DNA from: the human T2T-CHM13v2.0 reference genome, Homo sapiens
Direction: 5' to 3' (one strand)
NCBI RefSeq assembly: GCF_009914755.1
Contig: NC_060926.1
Length of the DNA: 64,000 bases
In this document: positions 28,121 to 40,481 of the stretch, piece by piece
Layout of the letters: each line of letters begins with the position of its first letter
Numbering within the stretch: the stretch's first letter is position 1
Translations under genes and position numbers: made by a program
Notes under the pieces: generated by a model
What the model was told of the DNA's origin: nothing
Seen by the model: only the letters and a program-made list of their open reading frames with translations
The model's database searches: none

Positions 28121-28894
28121 GCAGGTGTGAGGCCTCAGGCACTGAGTACTCCTGCTCATCTACATAAAATCAATCACATCTATTTCTCACAGCAACTCTA
28201 TGGGGCAGTCGTAACTTGCATAGGACAGACAGGGAAACAAAGGTGGGAAAAATAAAGCAACTTGCTCAACCTCGCGTAGTTAGATGATGGAGTTTCCAGC
28301 GAAAGAATTGCTAGCCTTCTGCGTAACAAGGTGACTGACGGGGCTTAAACAAGCATGGTCCTACACAGAAACCTGGCCATTCTTTCATTGGAAAGGTCTG
28401 TTTAGGTCTGGAAATCTTCAGTCTCAGGTTGTGAAACATTATCCACATCAGATGGTTCGTGGATTTCAGATAGACAGGAATGAGAGCTCAGATACTGAGA
28501 GATGTCAGGCCATCTAAAAAAAAGCTATCTACATCTATTTAGTGTCTTAGTTTAGACAGCAATAATTCAGATAATGAGAATTTAGATAGCAAGGGCTATC
28601 AGGCAACCTGAAACAATAGAAATACATTCAGAAGAAAAGCAAGAGCCTCTGGAAACACTCTCTTATACAATAGTCACAAGCTTAGATATTCATGAAAACC
28701 TCTGGGACAGTATCTACCCTGAATTCCTGCCTTCGTTACCTTGACCTGGGAAACTATATGGGGTTTCAGTTGTATGGATTTGGAGGATGGCGTAGGAAAA
28801 TGTATTTATTTCCTGCTCAGTACAGAAAAAATATTGCAAACTTTAAAATCACAGCATAAAATCATATGTCTGCAAAAAGACAAGGATTTGTTCA

Positions 28895-29214
28895 TTTTTC
28901 TTTCTTTTTTTTTTTTTTTTTTTTTTTTGAGATGGAGTCTTGCTCTGTCACCCAGGCTGGTGTGATCTTGGCTCCCGAGATGGAGTCTTGCTCTGTCACC
29001 CAGGCTGGTGCGAACCTGGCTCCCTGCAAGCTCCGCCTCCCGGGTTCATGCCTCAGCCTCCTGAGTAGCTGGGACTACAGGCGCCTGCCACCATGCCCGG
29101 CTAATTTCTTATTTTTGTATTTTTAGTAGAGACAGGGTTTCACCATGTTGGCCAGGATGGTCTCGATCTCCTGACCTCGTGGTCCGCCCGCCTCGGCCTC
29201 CCAAAGTGCTGGGA
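28895..29214 (-). mobile_element. AluY/Sc-type Alu, 5'-truncated, with a 48-bp internal tandem duplication
   Basis: Long poly-T, caagctccgcctcccggg, caggatggtctcgatctcctgacctcgt. Confidence 0.93.
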
Positions 29215-30225
29215 CATTGTTCTTAAGTCACACCCTTTTCATGCTTATGCATCTCATGTCATCATTGATTTTAAAATACACAGTTTTTAAAAAAAACCTT
29301 TGAACTACTCTGTAATATTAAGCATCTTACAGTTGATAGTGTGATAGTGTTTACTTGACAGTATTTGTTCTTTTTACTGGTATATAAAATCATATTGTGT
29401 CTTTCAACTGATAGCTACCTAGATTTGATAGAATATGGTATTATTGGTGCAGGTTAGTTAGCGGGCATTTTGCTCCTCTTTGCACTGAGGTTGTGGTGAG
29501 CCCAGCCAAAGGGTTGGTGCCTGGACTGGGCTTATTCTTGTTTCTTTTCACTCTCTTGGGCCAACCTGGAGCTCTGGCCAAGCCTGGGGTTCAATGAGTT
29601 GATTCTGGTGTGGGAGCAGCTAGGGTTGGCTCACAGCTTTGGGGTGTCATGCAGGGAGAAAGGAAAGTGAGTCTCTTTGGGGAAGGTGGCCTTGAGAATA
29701 AAAAGTCAGTCTGAAATCCAAAATATAGTAGAGGTGGAAACAGGCAGTGACTGAGTGGGGCAGAGCGATTAGAGCAAAATGCACAGTAAAGGAACTGCAT
29801 CTCAGGTCAAGTGCAGGCAGTGGAGGCACGTGTTTGAGAGAGTCAGGACCCCAGAAAGCAAGCCACTGGAGGGGTCACCTTCTCCTATGACCTGTAGTCC
29901 TTCTTCTTAACAATCTTCATTTGATCTCAACTTTGAACCGGTTGCTAAAACGAAGAGAGATTCTGAAAATACGTTCTACTTCTGTTTTTTTTTTTTCAAT
30001 CTCCATTATATCACCATAAACACATCTGATAAAATGGAGATAAACCCTGAAAACAGCTGCTTCTCATGGTTTCTTCTGGTGAGGTAAGGGACCCCTTGGT
30101 GATGGAGGTAGAAGATCAATTGATGCCACAATACCCCTGGCTCAGGCGTGTGCCATACAGGGTGGGCCTCTCATTGGTGCCAGGCTCCTCCCAAGCCCTC
30201 TGATTTCCCTTTGGCACTGGGGGTC

Positions 30226-30638
30226 CATATTTGTTGGCCCGGGGTTTCCATAACAAAACACAGTACTACAGATTGAGTTGCTTAAACAACAGAAGTTTGC
30301 TTTCTCATTGCTCTGTTCCGGAGGCTGGAAGTCCACAATCAAGGTGTCAGCAGGGGTGATTTCTTCTGAAGGCTCTCTACTTGGCTTGGGGACAGCATCT
30401 TCTCATTTTGTCTTCACGTGGTCTTTTCTGTTTGCATCTGTGATGTCTCTATTTATGTCCACGTTCCTTCTTTTTTATAAGGACACCAATCACATCAGAT
30501 TAGAATCCATCCTAATGGCTTCATTTAACTGAATCACCTCTTTAAAGATCCTGTCTCCGAATACAGTCAGATTTTGAGGTACTCAGGTTTAGAGCTTCAA
30601 CATATGAATTTTGAAGGGACACAGTTTAGCCCATAACA
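30226..30638 (-). mobile_element. MLT1B-like MaLR LTR
   Basis: gcttaaacaacagaag...ggaggctggaagtccacaatcaaggtgtcagcaggg...ttcaacatatgaattttgaagggacacagtttagcccataaca, with ggtcc on both flanks. Confidence 0.85.
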
Positions 30639-31679
30639 GGTCCCATAGAGATTACAGCAACTAATTTTAAGTTTTTCCTTAAGATTCATTTGCATTTTAT
30701 CCTTTTTTTGGTTAAGATTAATCTGAATTTATAAGCTGCTATGTTTTTGAGACAGAAAGTTTTTTTCTTCTTCTGATATTTCCACACAAAAGGACACAGC
30801 ATTTGCCCTCTCTTCTTTTCATTTAGCTATGTTTCCTTATACAGAGTTGCTGGGAATATCTGTTTTTATGTGCTGCAATTATTCATGTGGAAGAGAGTAA
30901 TGTGCCAAATTTTGAGCCATTTCCCAAACATGTGCAATGTGTTCAAAGGCCAGGTAATTCCAAGAAGTCATCAGCCTCTATTATTCCTCTAAAGGGACTA
31001 CTTTATGCATCCCTGTGAGTAATCAGGGCCCATTAAGCCTATGAGAACAGGCTGTGTGAGCAGAGAGAGCAGAGAAAGAGAAAAAGATTATTAGAGAAGA
31101 AATAATATTTTTAAAAGCATATCCTGACTTCCCAAGAAAATCAGAACAGAATCAAAACCTTCAGAAACTGGAATTGGAGCTCAAGTAAATAACCAAGATT
31201 TTTAAAGTTATTACTGTGTGTTCACTCATATGCAAGGTGCTGGGCAGATAAAAAAATTCAACGGCTTCCACCATTTCTTGTTCCATCTCATTTTGGCAAA
31301 GAGTCAATCATATCCAGATTAAGACATCCTTAAGTATCTTTAAGTTCAGAGGACTCAGTGAAATGAACATGCTTTTGTCTTAAAATAATGATAGAAAATG
31401 CCATTCTATATATTTAAGCACAATGTACTTTAGCCATAAATAACAAGAGCCTGGGTTATAAGTATTTAAGGATTTACTAAGAGTGTATTCAAGGAGAAGC
31501 AAGATCAAAGTCAGAGATGTCCCAGGAATGAAAGTAAACCATTGTCAGGTGAATGAGATTAGAAGCCCTCCCATACTTTTCTCTCCAGCCCTGCTGTTGC
31601 CACTCTTAAATTTCATGCTTCAATTACTCTTTCATGGGAAATTACAGGTGGCACCTAATTGTTTTCCCTACCTCTGGTC

Positions 31680-32450
31680 TTTGACCTGCTAATCCATCCT
31701 ATTCACAGCAGCTGATCGCCATTCTGGAAGCACTTCTCTGATCTGTCAGTTCATTCCTCAAGAGTCTCTCCCAGTGCCCCCACTGACTAATGAATAAAGC
31801 TCATATACATTCTGGAAGTCAAGGCCCTTTATGATTTGACACCAGCGAACCTTCCCAATGTCATCTCTCATCCCCCCCTATTATAAACCTTGTCCTTCAG
31901 CCTGGAAATCCCTGAACCCAGCTGTAGTTATGGTCCCAAGAGCAGCCTGTTAAATGTATGAGTGCTCAGGTCCACCCCTATAGAAACCACTACATTGAGC
32001 TGGGTCTGTAAGTCTGGTAGAGCCCAGGAATCTCCCCTTTAGCAGGACCCCATCAATACTGATGTACATCCAGTTTGGATATTCCAGCCAAACCAAACCT
32101 TTGTTTTTCACTTGAAAAATCTTCTGTGTGTTTCCCCTGGTTCATCTCCACCATGAAACCAACTTCCTCTGACTCCACATCCCCTTTATCCCACCATCTT
32201 GAATTTTCTACCAGCAGCTGCAAAGTTTCTCTCCCTCTTAACTCTCACTTAGTGTGTCCCTACCTTCCATACAGTCCATCTCACTTTCTATTACCTTACA
32301 TTTTAATTATTTTTATACATGGTTTACCTCCCCATGAGATTATATGCTTTTTGAAGGCAAATTTCATGTCTAATTTGCCTCTCCAGAACCAATAAAAAAG
32401 CCTGGAAAAAAAATGACATATGGTAGGTATCTCTTGAATCAATAGGGTTT
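31680..32450 (+). mobile_element. L2 fragment with a probable MER5-type insert near 31910-32080
   Basis: atccatcctattcacagcagc...caaggcccttt...atgagattatatgctttttgaaggcaa. Confidence 0.5.
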
Positions 32451-33365
32451 GCTAGACTTGGTAGCCCTAAATCTCTTTGAGAGGAAAAAGGCCAATAAAT
32501 TTTTTTTTTGTTTCTATAAATATTGGAATCCTGTCTTTTTACTATAAGCTCAAGCAGAAACCAATATTCTTTGAAATGAAAAATGTCACACCAGATGAGT
32601 GAGTCATGGAATTTCAGAATCTCCTTCACACCTTTTATAAGGTACATAAACATGGTGCTATCTTTCTGTTGTTCATTTGGAGGAAATATATGTATTTTCC
32701 TCACAAAAACACTTTTGTTCTCATTTGATGAAAATAATCTATAGGAAGTTAGCAGGATGAACTGTCATTCATTCATAAGAATCGAAGGTAATAAATTAAC
32801 AATCACCTTGAATTAACGCATTTAGATAATCACTTAATCTTTGGGGGTTAATCTTCCATTTCTGAATATCTAAGATTAACTACCCCATAGAGCTTAAGCT
32901 CTATTTTAAGGAAGACACACCCCTGACTGGAGAGAGAGCCCTCGGAGAAGGAATCCTCAGATTTCTCACACCTGTGTTTTTTCATTGCTCCTATGGAGAG
33001 CTTAGGTTGGTGGACATTGGGAGCTTGAACTGCTCCTTGGGGAGGTTTTGCTGGAACAGTAGTTATTAAATAGCTAAAATGTCATGGGCAATAGATCTAG
33101 GTTACAAAGACAATACAAAGAAAGGTTTCCAAAGTAATGTCCCCACCTGTAACTGAAGGCAGCAATGATGAATATAATCCCAAACAGCAGGCAATATAAA
33201 AAAAGAGTTGCTGAGCTCTGGAATGTATTATAAGAAGTCCTTGAATTCCTGTTTAGCCCATTCAAAACTTTCTCTTCATTTTACCAAATCCTGAAATGTA
33301 ATATTCTTGTAATGAGTGCATATCTCATCCTCTATTTTTTTTAATCAAAAGAGAAAATAGTTTAA

Positions 33366-33536
<171 letters not shown>

Positions 33537-33719
33537 TAATCTGATCTCCCTCATATAGACACAAACACAGTTCTTCTAAATACTAAGATGGCAAATTATC
33601 CCCTCAAAGATCTTGAAGTTTTTAAGGCAAGATGATCTTCAAAATAATTATTGTAAGTTTAACTGTTTAAAGGTTCAATTAATGCTTACTTCAGTTATTA
33701 ATGACTTATAAGAAATTAT

Positions 33720-34200
33720 TTCAAGGTATAGCAGTCTAACACAACCCTTTATTACGTTCATGGATTTTGTGTTTCAGGAGTTCGAACAGGGCAGAGGAAG
33801 AACGGCACTTCTGACATCAGAGGCTCCAGCTGAAAGGTTCCAAATCTAGGAGCTGGAGTCCATGACTCACAGGTCTTATAGTTGATGCTAGCTTTTGGCT
33901 GAAGCCTCAATTCGTCTTCAGTGGGCCTCTCCCTATTGGCTAAAATTTGGGCTTCCTCACAGCATGGTGGCAAGATTCTAAGGGCAGGAATCCAGAGAGA
34001 GAAAGGGCCAAGCAGAAGCCATATTGTCTTCGATGACCTGGCCTCAAAAATCATGCAATACCTTTCATTCATTGAGGCCGTCACAAAGCTCCACCCATTC
34101 TCAATGGGAGAGAAATAAATACTGACTCTCAATGGGGAGTGGGAAGGTTCTGGGAGGGCATATGGCACCCAGAATATGGCTGTAGGCATTTGTAAATGGG
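33720..34200 (-). mobile_element. MLT1F/G/H-class MaLR LTR
   Basis: ttgggcttcctcacagcatggtggc...gcagaagccatattgtcttcgatgacctggcctcaaaaatcatgc. Confidence 0.7.
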
Positions 34201-34321
34201 GTTGTTGACATTGAGCTTTCAGGTAGGTGATGTGGTTGGCTATTTTGCAGTGAGCCCCTGGTTTTGGTCTTTTCTTTGGGGATAATCAGATTTTTAAAAG
34301 TATGTTCTTTCATTTTCTTGC

Positions 34322-34371
34322 TTAGGGAATTCTAGGAGACTTGTTAGGGAATTCTAGGAGACTTGTTAGGG
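34322..34371. repeat. Perfect 22-bp tandem duplication
   Basis: ttagggaattctaggagacttg twice, followed by ttaggg. Confidence 0.97.
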
Positions 34372-35339
34372 CTGGGGGTTAAAATAGGTCTGGGGAACTC
34401 AGCATTCAATATTTAATGCGTATACCTTATTTTCAGTAGGATAGCCCATCTTAACTGTACTAACGCCTGTGCCAGCCAACCCCCATCCCAGGTTTCTCTG
34501 TTCTACCCTCTTCAGATGATAAACCTCTAGAGTGGAGGAAGGTCAGTTACCCAGTGGCATAGAACTTGGAAGAAAACCTAAACATCTGACTGCTTTGCCA
34601 GAAGTTTTCACACAATTCTTTATATTTTCTTTTCCACCATCATGCCCAGTTACAAAGGAAACTGGAGCTGTCCTGTCCTGAGAATTCCAGAGATTTTGAA
34701 GAATCTGTGGGTGGGTAACACATTGATTCCCAGCTCTCTCCACTCTGGTTTTGGATTCCACTGTTTTGGTTTTCATAACTCATTTACTGTTGCTTCATAT
34801 GCTTTCCAGCTTCCAAAATGTATGGCTGTTGTCTTCTCGCTTTATTTCCTAGTCCTTTGAATCTCTTTCCTATGGCTTTGGTAGGGTTTTGAAAAATGTG
34901 AGTTTAGCATATTTGAACTGCCATTTTAACCTAAGAGTCTCTTCAGTCTCTTTCAACCATTGTTCAGGTGATATCATTAGCAAACCCCTAAAGACCAAAT
35001 TCTTTCAACATGCTCCAGGTTTTCAACAACTCTCTTAAAGCATGGTAGTGCTGTAAACTGAATTTCAGGTATATTCTAACCAGTACAGATGACAATAGTT
35101 AGTTCTCTTGTTCCAGGCACTCAACTCAGCACCTTTCAAACTGTGTTAGTGCAGTGGCATCCCTCAAATCATTAATAAGTGGTCTGAAAAAAAGCTTGAG
35201 GAATATTATGTTGCATTCTGTTCAATGTTTATCATATTATGAATCAAGAAAAGTGTGCTTAATTTGTTTTTATTTAATATTTCCAAAACAGTTGACTATA
35301 TAATCCCTTTTTTCGGAGAACATTTTGTAAGATTCTAAT

Positions 35340-35512
35340 GTAATGTCCCTCAAAGTGGGTTAACCAACTACCTGCATTAGAATCATTGAGAGTTCATTTA
35401 CATATTTGGATACCCTTGGTCCTATTCCAGATCTTGAATCAGACTAGGCCTTAGGAATCTGCATTTTACATCAAACAACATATGCAATTTTTGTGCTGCT
35501 TAACATTACTGG
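35340..35512. mobile_element. MER5B-like MITE
   Basis: ctcaaagtggg...ctgcattagaatca...aggaatctgcattttac. Confidence 0.6.
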
Positions 35513-36119
35513 GAGACTATGCCTAACTATTTGAACCTTTATCCTGAGGAACTTCCACAGAGGAACAGTTTTTCAGCCCCTCTCCATGCCTCACATATTC
35601 TACTCTTTAGGAATGACTTTTCTGAGTGGTAAACTTGGAAAAACACAATACTAATGCTTGGTCTAGCCCCTACCTCTCACTCCTCTCTTTGGGATCTGCT
35701 TATTTGCCAGAAGGGTGCATTTTACTCTGTGGGGTGGGCTATGTGCTGAGGGAGGAATCTCATAATTATCTGGTTGTTCCAAAGATTGGGCAGAAAAATG
35801 TATGTAATAAAGAATTAAAACAATAGAAAATTCACTTACAATGTTAAAGGTGGAGGCTTAGTCTTCATAGAGCTATGCCCGTCTCTCAATTGGTTCTGAA
35901 CCAATCTCTCCATTGGTTCAAAGGCATGTTACATATTGAGTCCCCTCAAATCCTGAATGTATATTTGAAGATAATTGACCTATAGGCAAGTTTCAAAAAA
36001 TACAACATAGGTACGTCATGCAATGCAGTGGAAAACACATGGCTATTCATTTTACTTTTTTAAAAAAAAATTTGCATTCGTGGGAAGAGCGGACAAGGTA
36101 AAGCAGCAGTGACTGAAAT

Positions 36120-36730
36120 TCATCTATTTGGAAGTAATTCCAAAGGATTTGAAAATAGCCAGATCCATCTTCATATTTCTTTTAAGATCCCTCTTAAGAC
36201 AAGCAGAGAGATAGGAGAACAGAGTGTGTAACATCTGGTTTGTTTAGGGATAAGAAGGGTGCAGTGGAGGGAGTTCTTGGAAGCATTCTTAAAGGATGTG
36301 GTAGGAGAGCACCTGGAAAAGCCTACTTTATTGAAGGGAGGCTTCAAGGACCCAGGCAGAGGAGGTCATGTTTAACAAATCGGATGGAGTTTCTTGAAGA
36401 TATCCCTGTCATGAAAGATGAAGGAGATTTAGTGGCTGTATGAAGAGTGCTTTGATTTTTAAACAAGATTTGACAAGATCCACATCCGGGATTAATGGTC
36501 AAGGGGAAGAGCTATTGAACATGGGTAATGTAGGGTGCAAGAGAAAAAACTGGCTCAAGAAAGGGAGATGGATGAAAGACAGGGAAGGGTTTTGTGATTT
36601 ACTCCTATCCCCTCCTCCCCGTGGATGGAGGAGCATTTATCCCTTACGGTGACTTAGATATATTACTAATGGAGGAGGGGATAGTAGTAAGAGAAAATGG
36701 TCAGCCAGATTTGGGATAGATTTTGTAATA
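36120..36730 (+). mobile_element. Ancient CR1/L3-clade LINE ORF2 (reverse transcriptase) fossil
   Basis: Collinear decayed peptides EVIPKDLKIA (36131), RSCLTNRMEFLEDI..DEGDLVAV (36363), an LDF..FDKI-like segment and KNWL. These match CR1 motifs VPEDWKIA, RSCLTNLLEFFE, LDFxKAFDKV and NWL. Confidence 0.75.
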
Positions 36731-37489
36731 TGTATTACATATTACAAACAACAGAACAACTACACTGAGTCTTGAGATGATTCAGAAACTTAGACCCAGC
36801 AATTGTAGCAAATCATACCCAATAGGGATAGTGATGTTTGGCTGTGACATCGTGGCTTGGGCAGAGGGATAGAAACCAATCCAAACCAAAGAGATGAGGA
36901 TTAATAAACCAAAGTAGGGAACAATTAGCCCAGTGACATTTCCTGAGGATGGAGTTTTAGATGATTGTAAAGTCAGCCAAGTTGGTCTTTGGTGTTCCCA
37001 GCCTTTTTTTTGGGAGTACTCTCCTATTCTCACACTCTCCCCTCTTTCTCCTATAAAAATCTAATGTCAGTAAAATATCTAACTCACCCAAAGGGATAAA
37101 TGCTTAGAGAGAGTTCAAGGCATTATTCTTCCTCTGGGTATTTACATTTTAATGGGAGTTTTACAATTGAAATCAAAGTATTATAGCTGTTGTGATGGAA
37201 TTTCAATGAAGCGTTTGGGGAGGACACAGTAGGGTTATTACTTGTCCCAGAAGTCACTCATGGCTGTTGTCTCCTGCACCTGGTGGTAAAATCATTGTTA
37301 GTTCTGCCAAACAGTATTCTGGCCTACAATTCTTAAGAAAAAGTAAAATCATTGAAAATAGAGCTTTAAAAACTGGATTTGTGGTTGAAAAAACAGTATT
37401 GACAGGCTTCGGCCAAAGGAGCTGATGGGATGACATTATGGTATGGGAATAGGAAGGAGAAAACGGCAACAGAGAAGGGAGCTGAGGCC

Positions 37490-37686
37490 CAGAGACATTC
37501 ACACACTGACCAACCTCTGAATGCCTTTAGCCCCCAACACTCTCACCATCATCCTCATTGAAATCCTGCCCCATTCAAATGCTACTTCAGAGACACCCAC
37601 ACACTGACCAGGGTCTGAGTGCCTTTAGCTCCCAACACCCTCACTATCATACTCATTAAAATCCTGCCCCATTCAAATGCTACTTC
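37490..37686. repeat. 98-bp tandem duplication, about 89% identical
   Basis: 37490-37587 vs 37588-37685, 11 mismatches by hand count. Confidence 0.95.
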
Positions 37687-38379
37687 TTCTATATAGGAAA
37701 AGAAATTGTGTACTGTTCATTTTCTTGTTGCTAACAACAGTAGAAGTAGGGAGACGGAGTGTTTTCTATAATGAATTCTCCTGTAAATCCAAGCAGAAAA
37801 GAGGAAAAGGAAGGAGACAGTAAAGTGGGCACTAACCCTGCATTCTGCCTCCAAGGTCCTTCTTGATGATTTGGCATCCTGGAAAGACACAATTACTGGA
37901 AAGCGGCAAGCGTTTTCCTGTAGAAATTTATTAAATTTCTTTCTGAGGATACAGGAGTGTGGGAGGTACGATTATAGAGGAAGAGACTGTAGTATACCAT
38001 TCAGCAGCCTTAACTAGCAAAAAACACAGCTGAGAGTTCAATATGAAGAAGGGGTCTGAGCTTTTAAAAGGCTGTAAAACAACCCATGAACTTTATTCAT
38101 GGAAAAGTTTTTCACACCCCCATTTAGAGTTCAATTTGACTTTACTACATTGTTTAAATTAACTATCTAGTTTCTCATCCCAGAGATTAAAGCAGAAAAT
38201 TAACAGAGTGGCCTAAGCTAACTTGGTAGAAAAGGCAAGGAAAACATGTTAAAAGGACACAGGGACTTTAAGAAACGCAGCTGTCTGAGGCTATTTTGGT
38301 CTGGGACAGAGCCTTAACTGCTCAGTGTGTCCTGGGGCCTCACTGTCTCAGAGCAGATTTTTCCACCTTGCCCTCTACT

Positions 38380-38780
38380 TCCATCCCTTCAGTTCATCCA
38401 TTCCAGCCGCAATGGCCTTGCTGATCCGCGACGCACCAAGCCTGTTCTCAGTTCAGTGCCTCTGCATTGCCCTTGCCTCTGCCTGTGAAACTCCAAGGCA
38501 ACACTTCATATGGCCAGCCCCTTCTCTGTTCTCCATCCCTTCACTCTTTCTTAAATAGCCACTCTCAATCTGCATTTTCTTTACAAATGCTCTATTTTCT
38601 TTACAAATAATTACCACTTGAATTTATTTGATTTATATGCTTTTCTGCTTATTTATTTCCTGCTTCTCCCCTTTGAATGAAACCTCCATGAAAAGAGGAA
38701 TCTTGCCTAGCTTGGTCACTATTCTACCCCAGGTCCCAGAAAGGCATGGAGCAGCCACACTATAAATGATTGTAAAGAAC
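38380..38780 (+). mobile_element. L2 fragment
   Basis: ccttgcctctgcctgtgaaactc...aacctccatgaaaagaggaatcttgcctagcttggtcact. Confidence 0.65.
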
Positions 38781-39365
38781 TAGTAAGCGAGGAGTCCCCA
38801 GTGATACCGCAGAGTCTTCCCAATAAGGTTGCGTTATAATCAGTTTCCTCTTTCTATAAAGACAGGGAGATTTATGTACATTTTATAAATCTTATAGCCA
38901 CAATGGATTATTTGTTTTTATTTACGGAAATTCTCAGTTATCTGGAAAGATCTGACACTGTGAAAAGGTCCCTTCTGCAATACGGATACCAAGGAGGATT
39001 TTAGGTTGTGAAAAGAGAAGTGGTTGCTTGTTTTCTCTCGCTAGATGAAAGGAGGCCACAAATCTTTTTGCAGTTCCACTAAAGAGCCAATAAAATAGAA
39101 ACGCAACACACATGTGCCAAGAGTTCAACAACAAGGCGGAAGTGGCTTAGGTTTGTGGTCTGTTACCACATGACAACATTGAGTTGGGGCCAAGGCATTT
39201 TCTGCTCTTTGCAGTCTCTGCATGTTGAAAGGCTCTACTTCGGAATGAACAAGGGATAGACATGTCACAGAAGAGTAACTCCGTGATCGGCACAGGGGTG
39301 TGAAAGGATCAGGGAAGACATGTTTCAGCAAATAGAAAAGTTAGGGAATTTAAAGTTTCCCTACA

Positions 39366-39794
39366 CAAGAGTAAGCAAATTATGGCCCAGAAGGCAAATT
39401 CAGCCCGCTGTCTTTTTTCTTGGCAGTTTTAGAAGTTTTTATTTTCCCAAATGGGCTTTTATGAATTGAAAAAAAAAAGTTCCAATATTCACTTGGAAAC
39501 TTACTAGTTCCTAGGAAATAAAATTAGTGTGGCATAAAGGAAAGGACATTAGTCTGTGAGTCAGGGGGCCTAAGTTGTCCTGACTCTTTTACTAACTAGT
39601 TACTTCTGCTGTCTGGTTTTGTAAATAAAGTATTATTGGAATACATCATACATTTATTTATGTATCATCCATAGATATTTTCACACTATAACAGTAGAGT
39701 CGAGTAGTTGTGAAGGAGACCACATAGCCCTCAAAGCCTAAAATATTTACCATCCGGTTCTTAATATTATAGATAAGAAAATTGCCAGCATTTG
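39366..39794 (+). mobile_element. MER58A hAT-Charlie MITE, split by a ~190-bp insertion
   Basis: caagagtaagcaaattatggccc...cagcccgctgtct, then the insert, then gctgtctggttttgtaaataaagtattattggaa...aaagcctaaaatatttaccatc. Confidence 0.85.
39413..39605 (-). other. Short retroposed polyadenylated fragment (orphan transduction or truncated processed 3' UTR)
   Basis: Minus strand shows AATAAA (39443-39438), 16 nt, then an A-rich tail. Flanks are duplicated (ccgctgtct / ctgctgtct) and the insert contains a MIR head fragment. Confidence 0.6.
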
Positions 39795-39819
39795 CCCTAT
39801 ACTATGAGTACAAAAATAA

Positions 39820-39891
39820 ATATGTTATACCATATGAAATTGCTTATATTTGATCTAAACAACTGAAATTTCACATAATTCAATTTAATAG
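39820..39891. mobile_element. MADE2 mariner MITE
   Basis: Palindromic ~70 bp element: ccatatgaaattgc...aaatttcacataattcaattta. Confidence 0.65.
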
Positions 39892-40077
39892 TTTGTTCTT
39901 TTAAATCTCTTCTTCAATGTCCATCTCAGAACCATCTCATCCATAAAGCTTCTTCCAAATAGACTGGAGCACTCTGGTTTCTCAATCCCCATGGGACTTT
40001 GCTCATTATGTTTGGCTGATTCCATGCTTCTATAATAGTCATTAGATGTATCGCTTCCCCTCTACTACTGGAAATAC

Positions 40078-40481
40078 TGTTATAGGCTTAATTGTGCCCC
40101 TACCCCCAAATTCATATGTTGAAGCCCCAACCCCTAGTACCTCAGAATGTGACTGTATTTGGAGATAGAGTCTTTAAAAGGTAATTTAGGTAAATGAGGT
40201 CCTTAGGGTGGATCCCAATCCAATCTGAGTGATGTACTTATAGGAAGAGAAGATTAAGACACAGAGATACCAGAGAGGTCGTTCACAGAGGAAAGACCAT
40301 GTGAAGACGCAGTGAGAAGGTGGCCATATTCAAGCTGAGGAGAGAGGCCTCAGAAGAAACCAATACTGCCAACGCCTTGGTCTTGGACTTCCAGCCTCCA
40401 GAACTGTGAGACAATAAATTTCTGTTGTTTAAGCCTCCCAGTCTGTGCTATTTTGCATGGCAGCCCTAACAAACTAATATA
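40078..40481 (+). mobile_element. MLT1B MaLR LTR
   Basis: tgttataggcttaattgtgcccc...caaattcatatgttgaag...ggacttccagcctccagaactgtgagacaataaatttctgttgtttaagcc...aaactaatata. Confidence 0.9.

Noticed and set aside
37490-37686. Repeats as a possible CRISPR-like or spacer array
   Set aside because: Only two adjacent copies, no unique spacers, no cas genes, and the DNA is primate.
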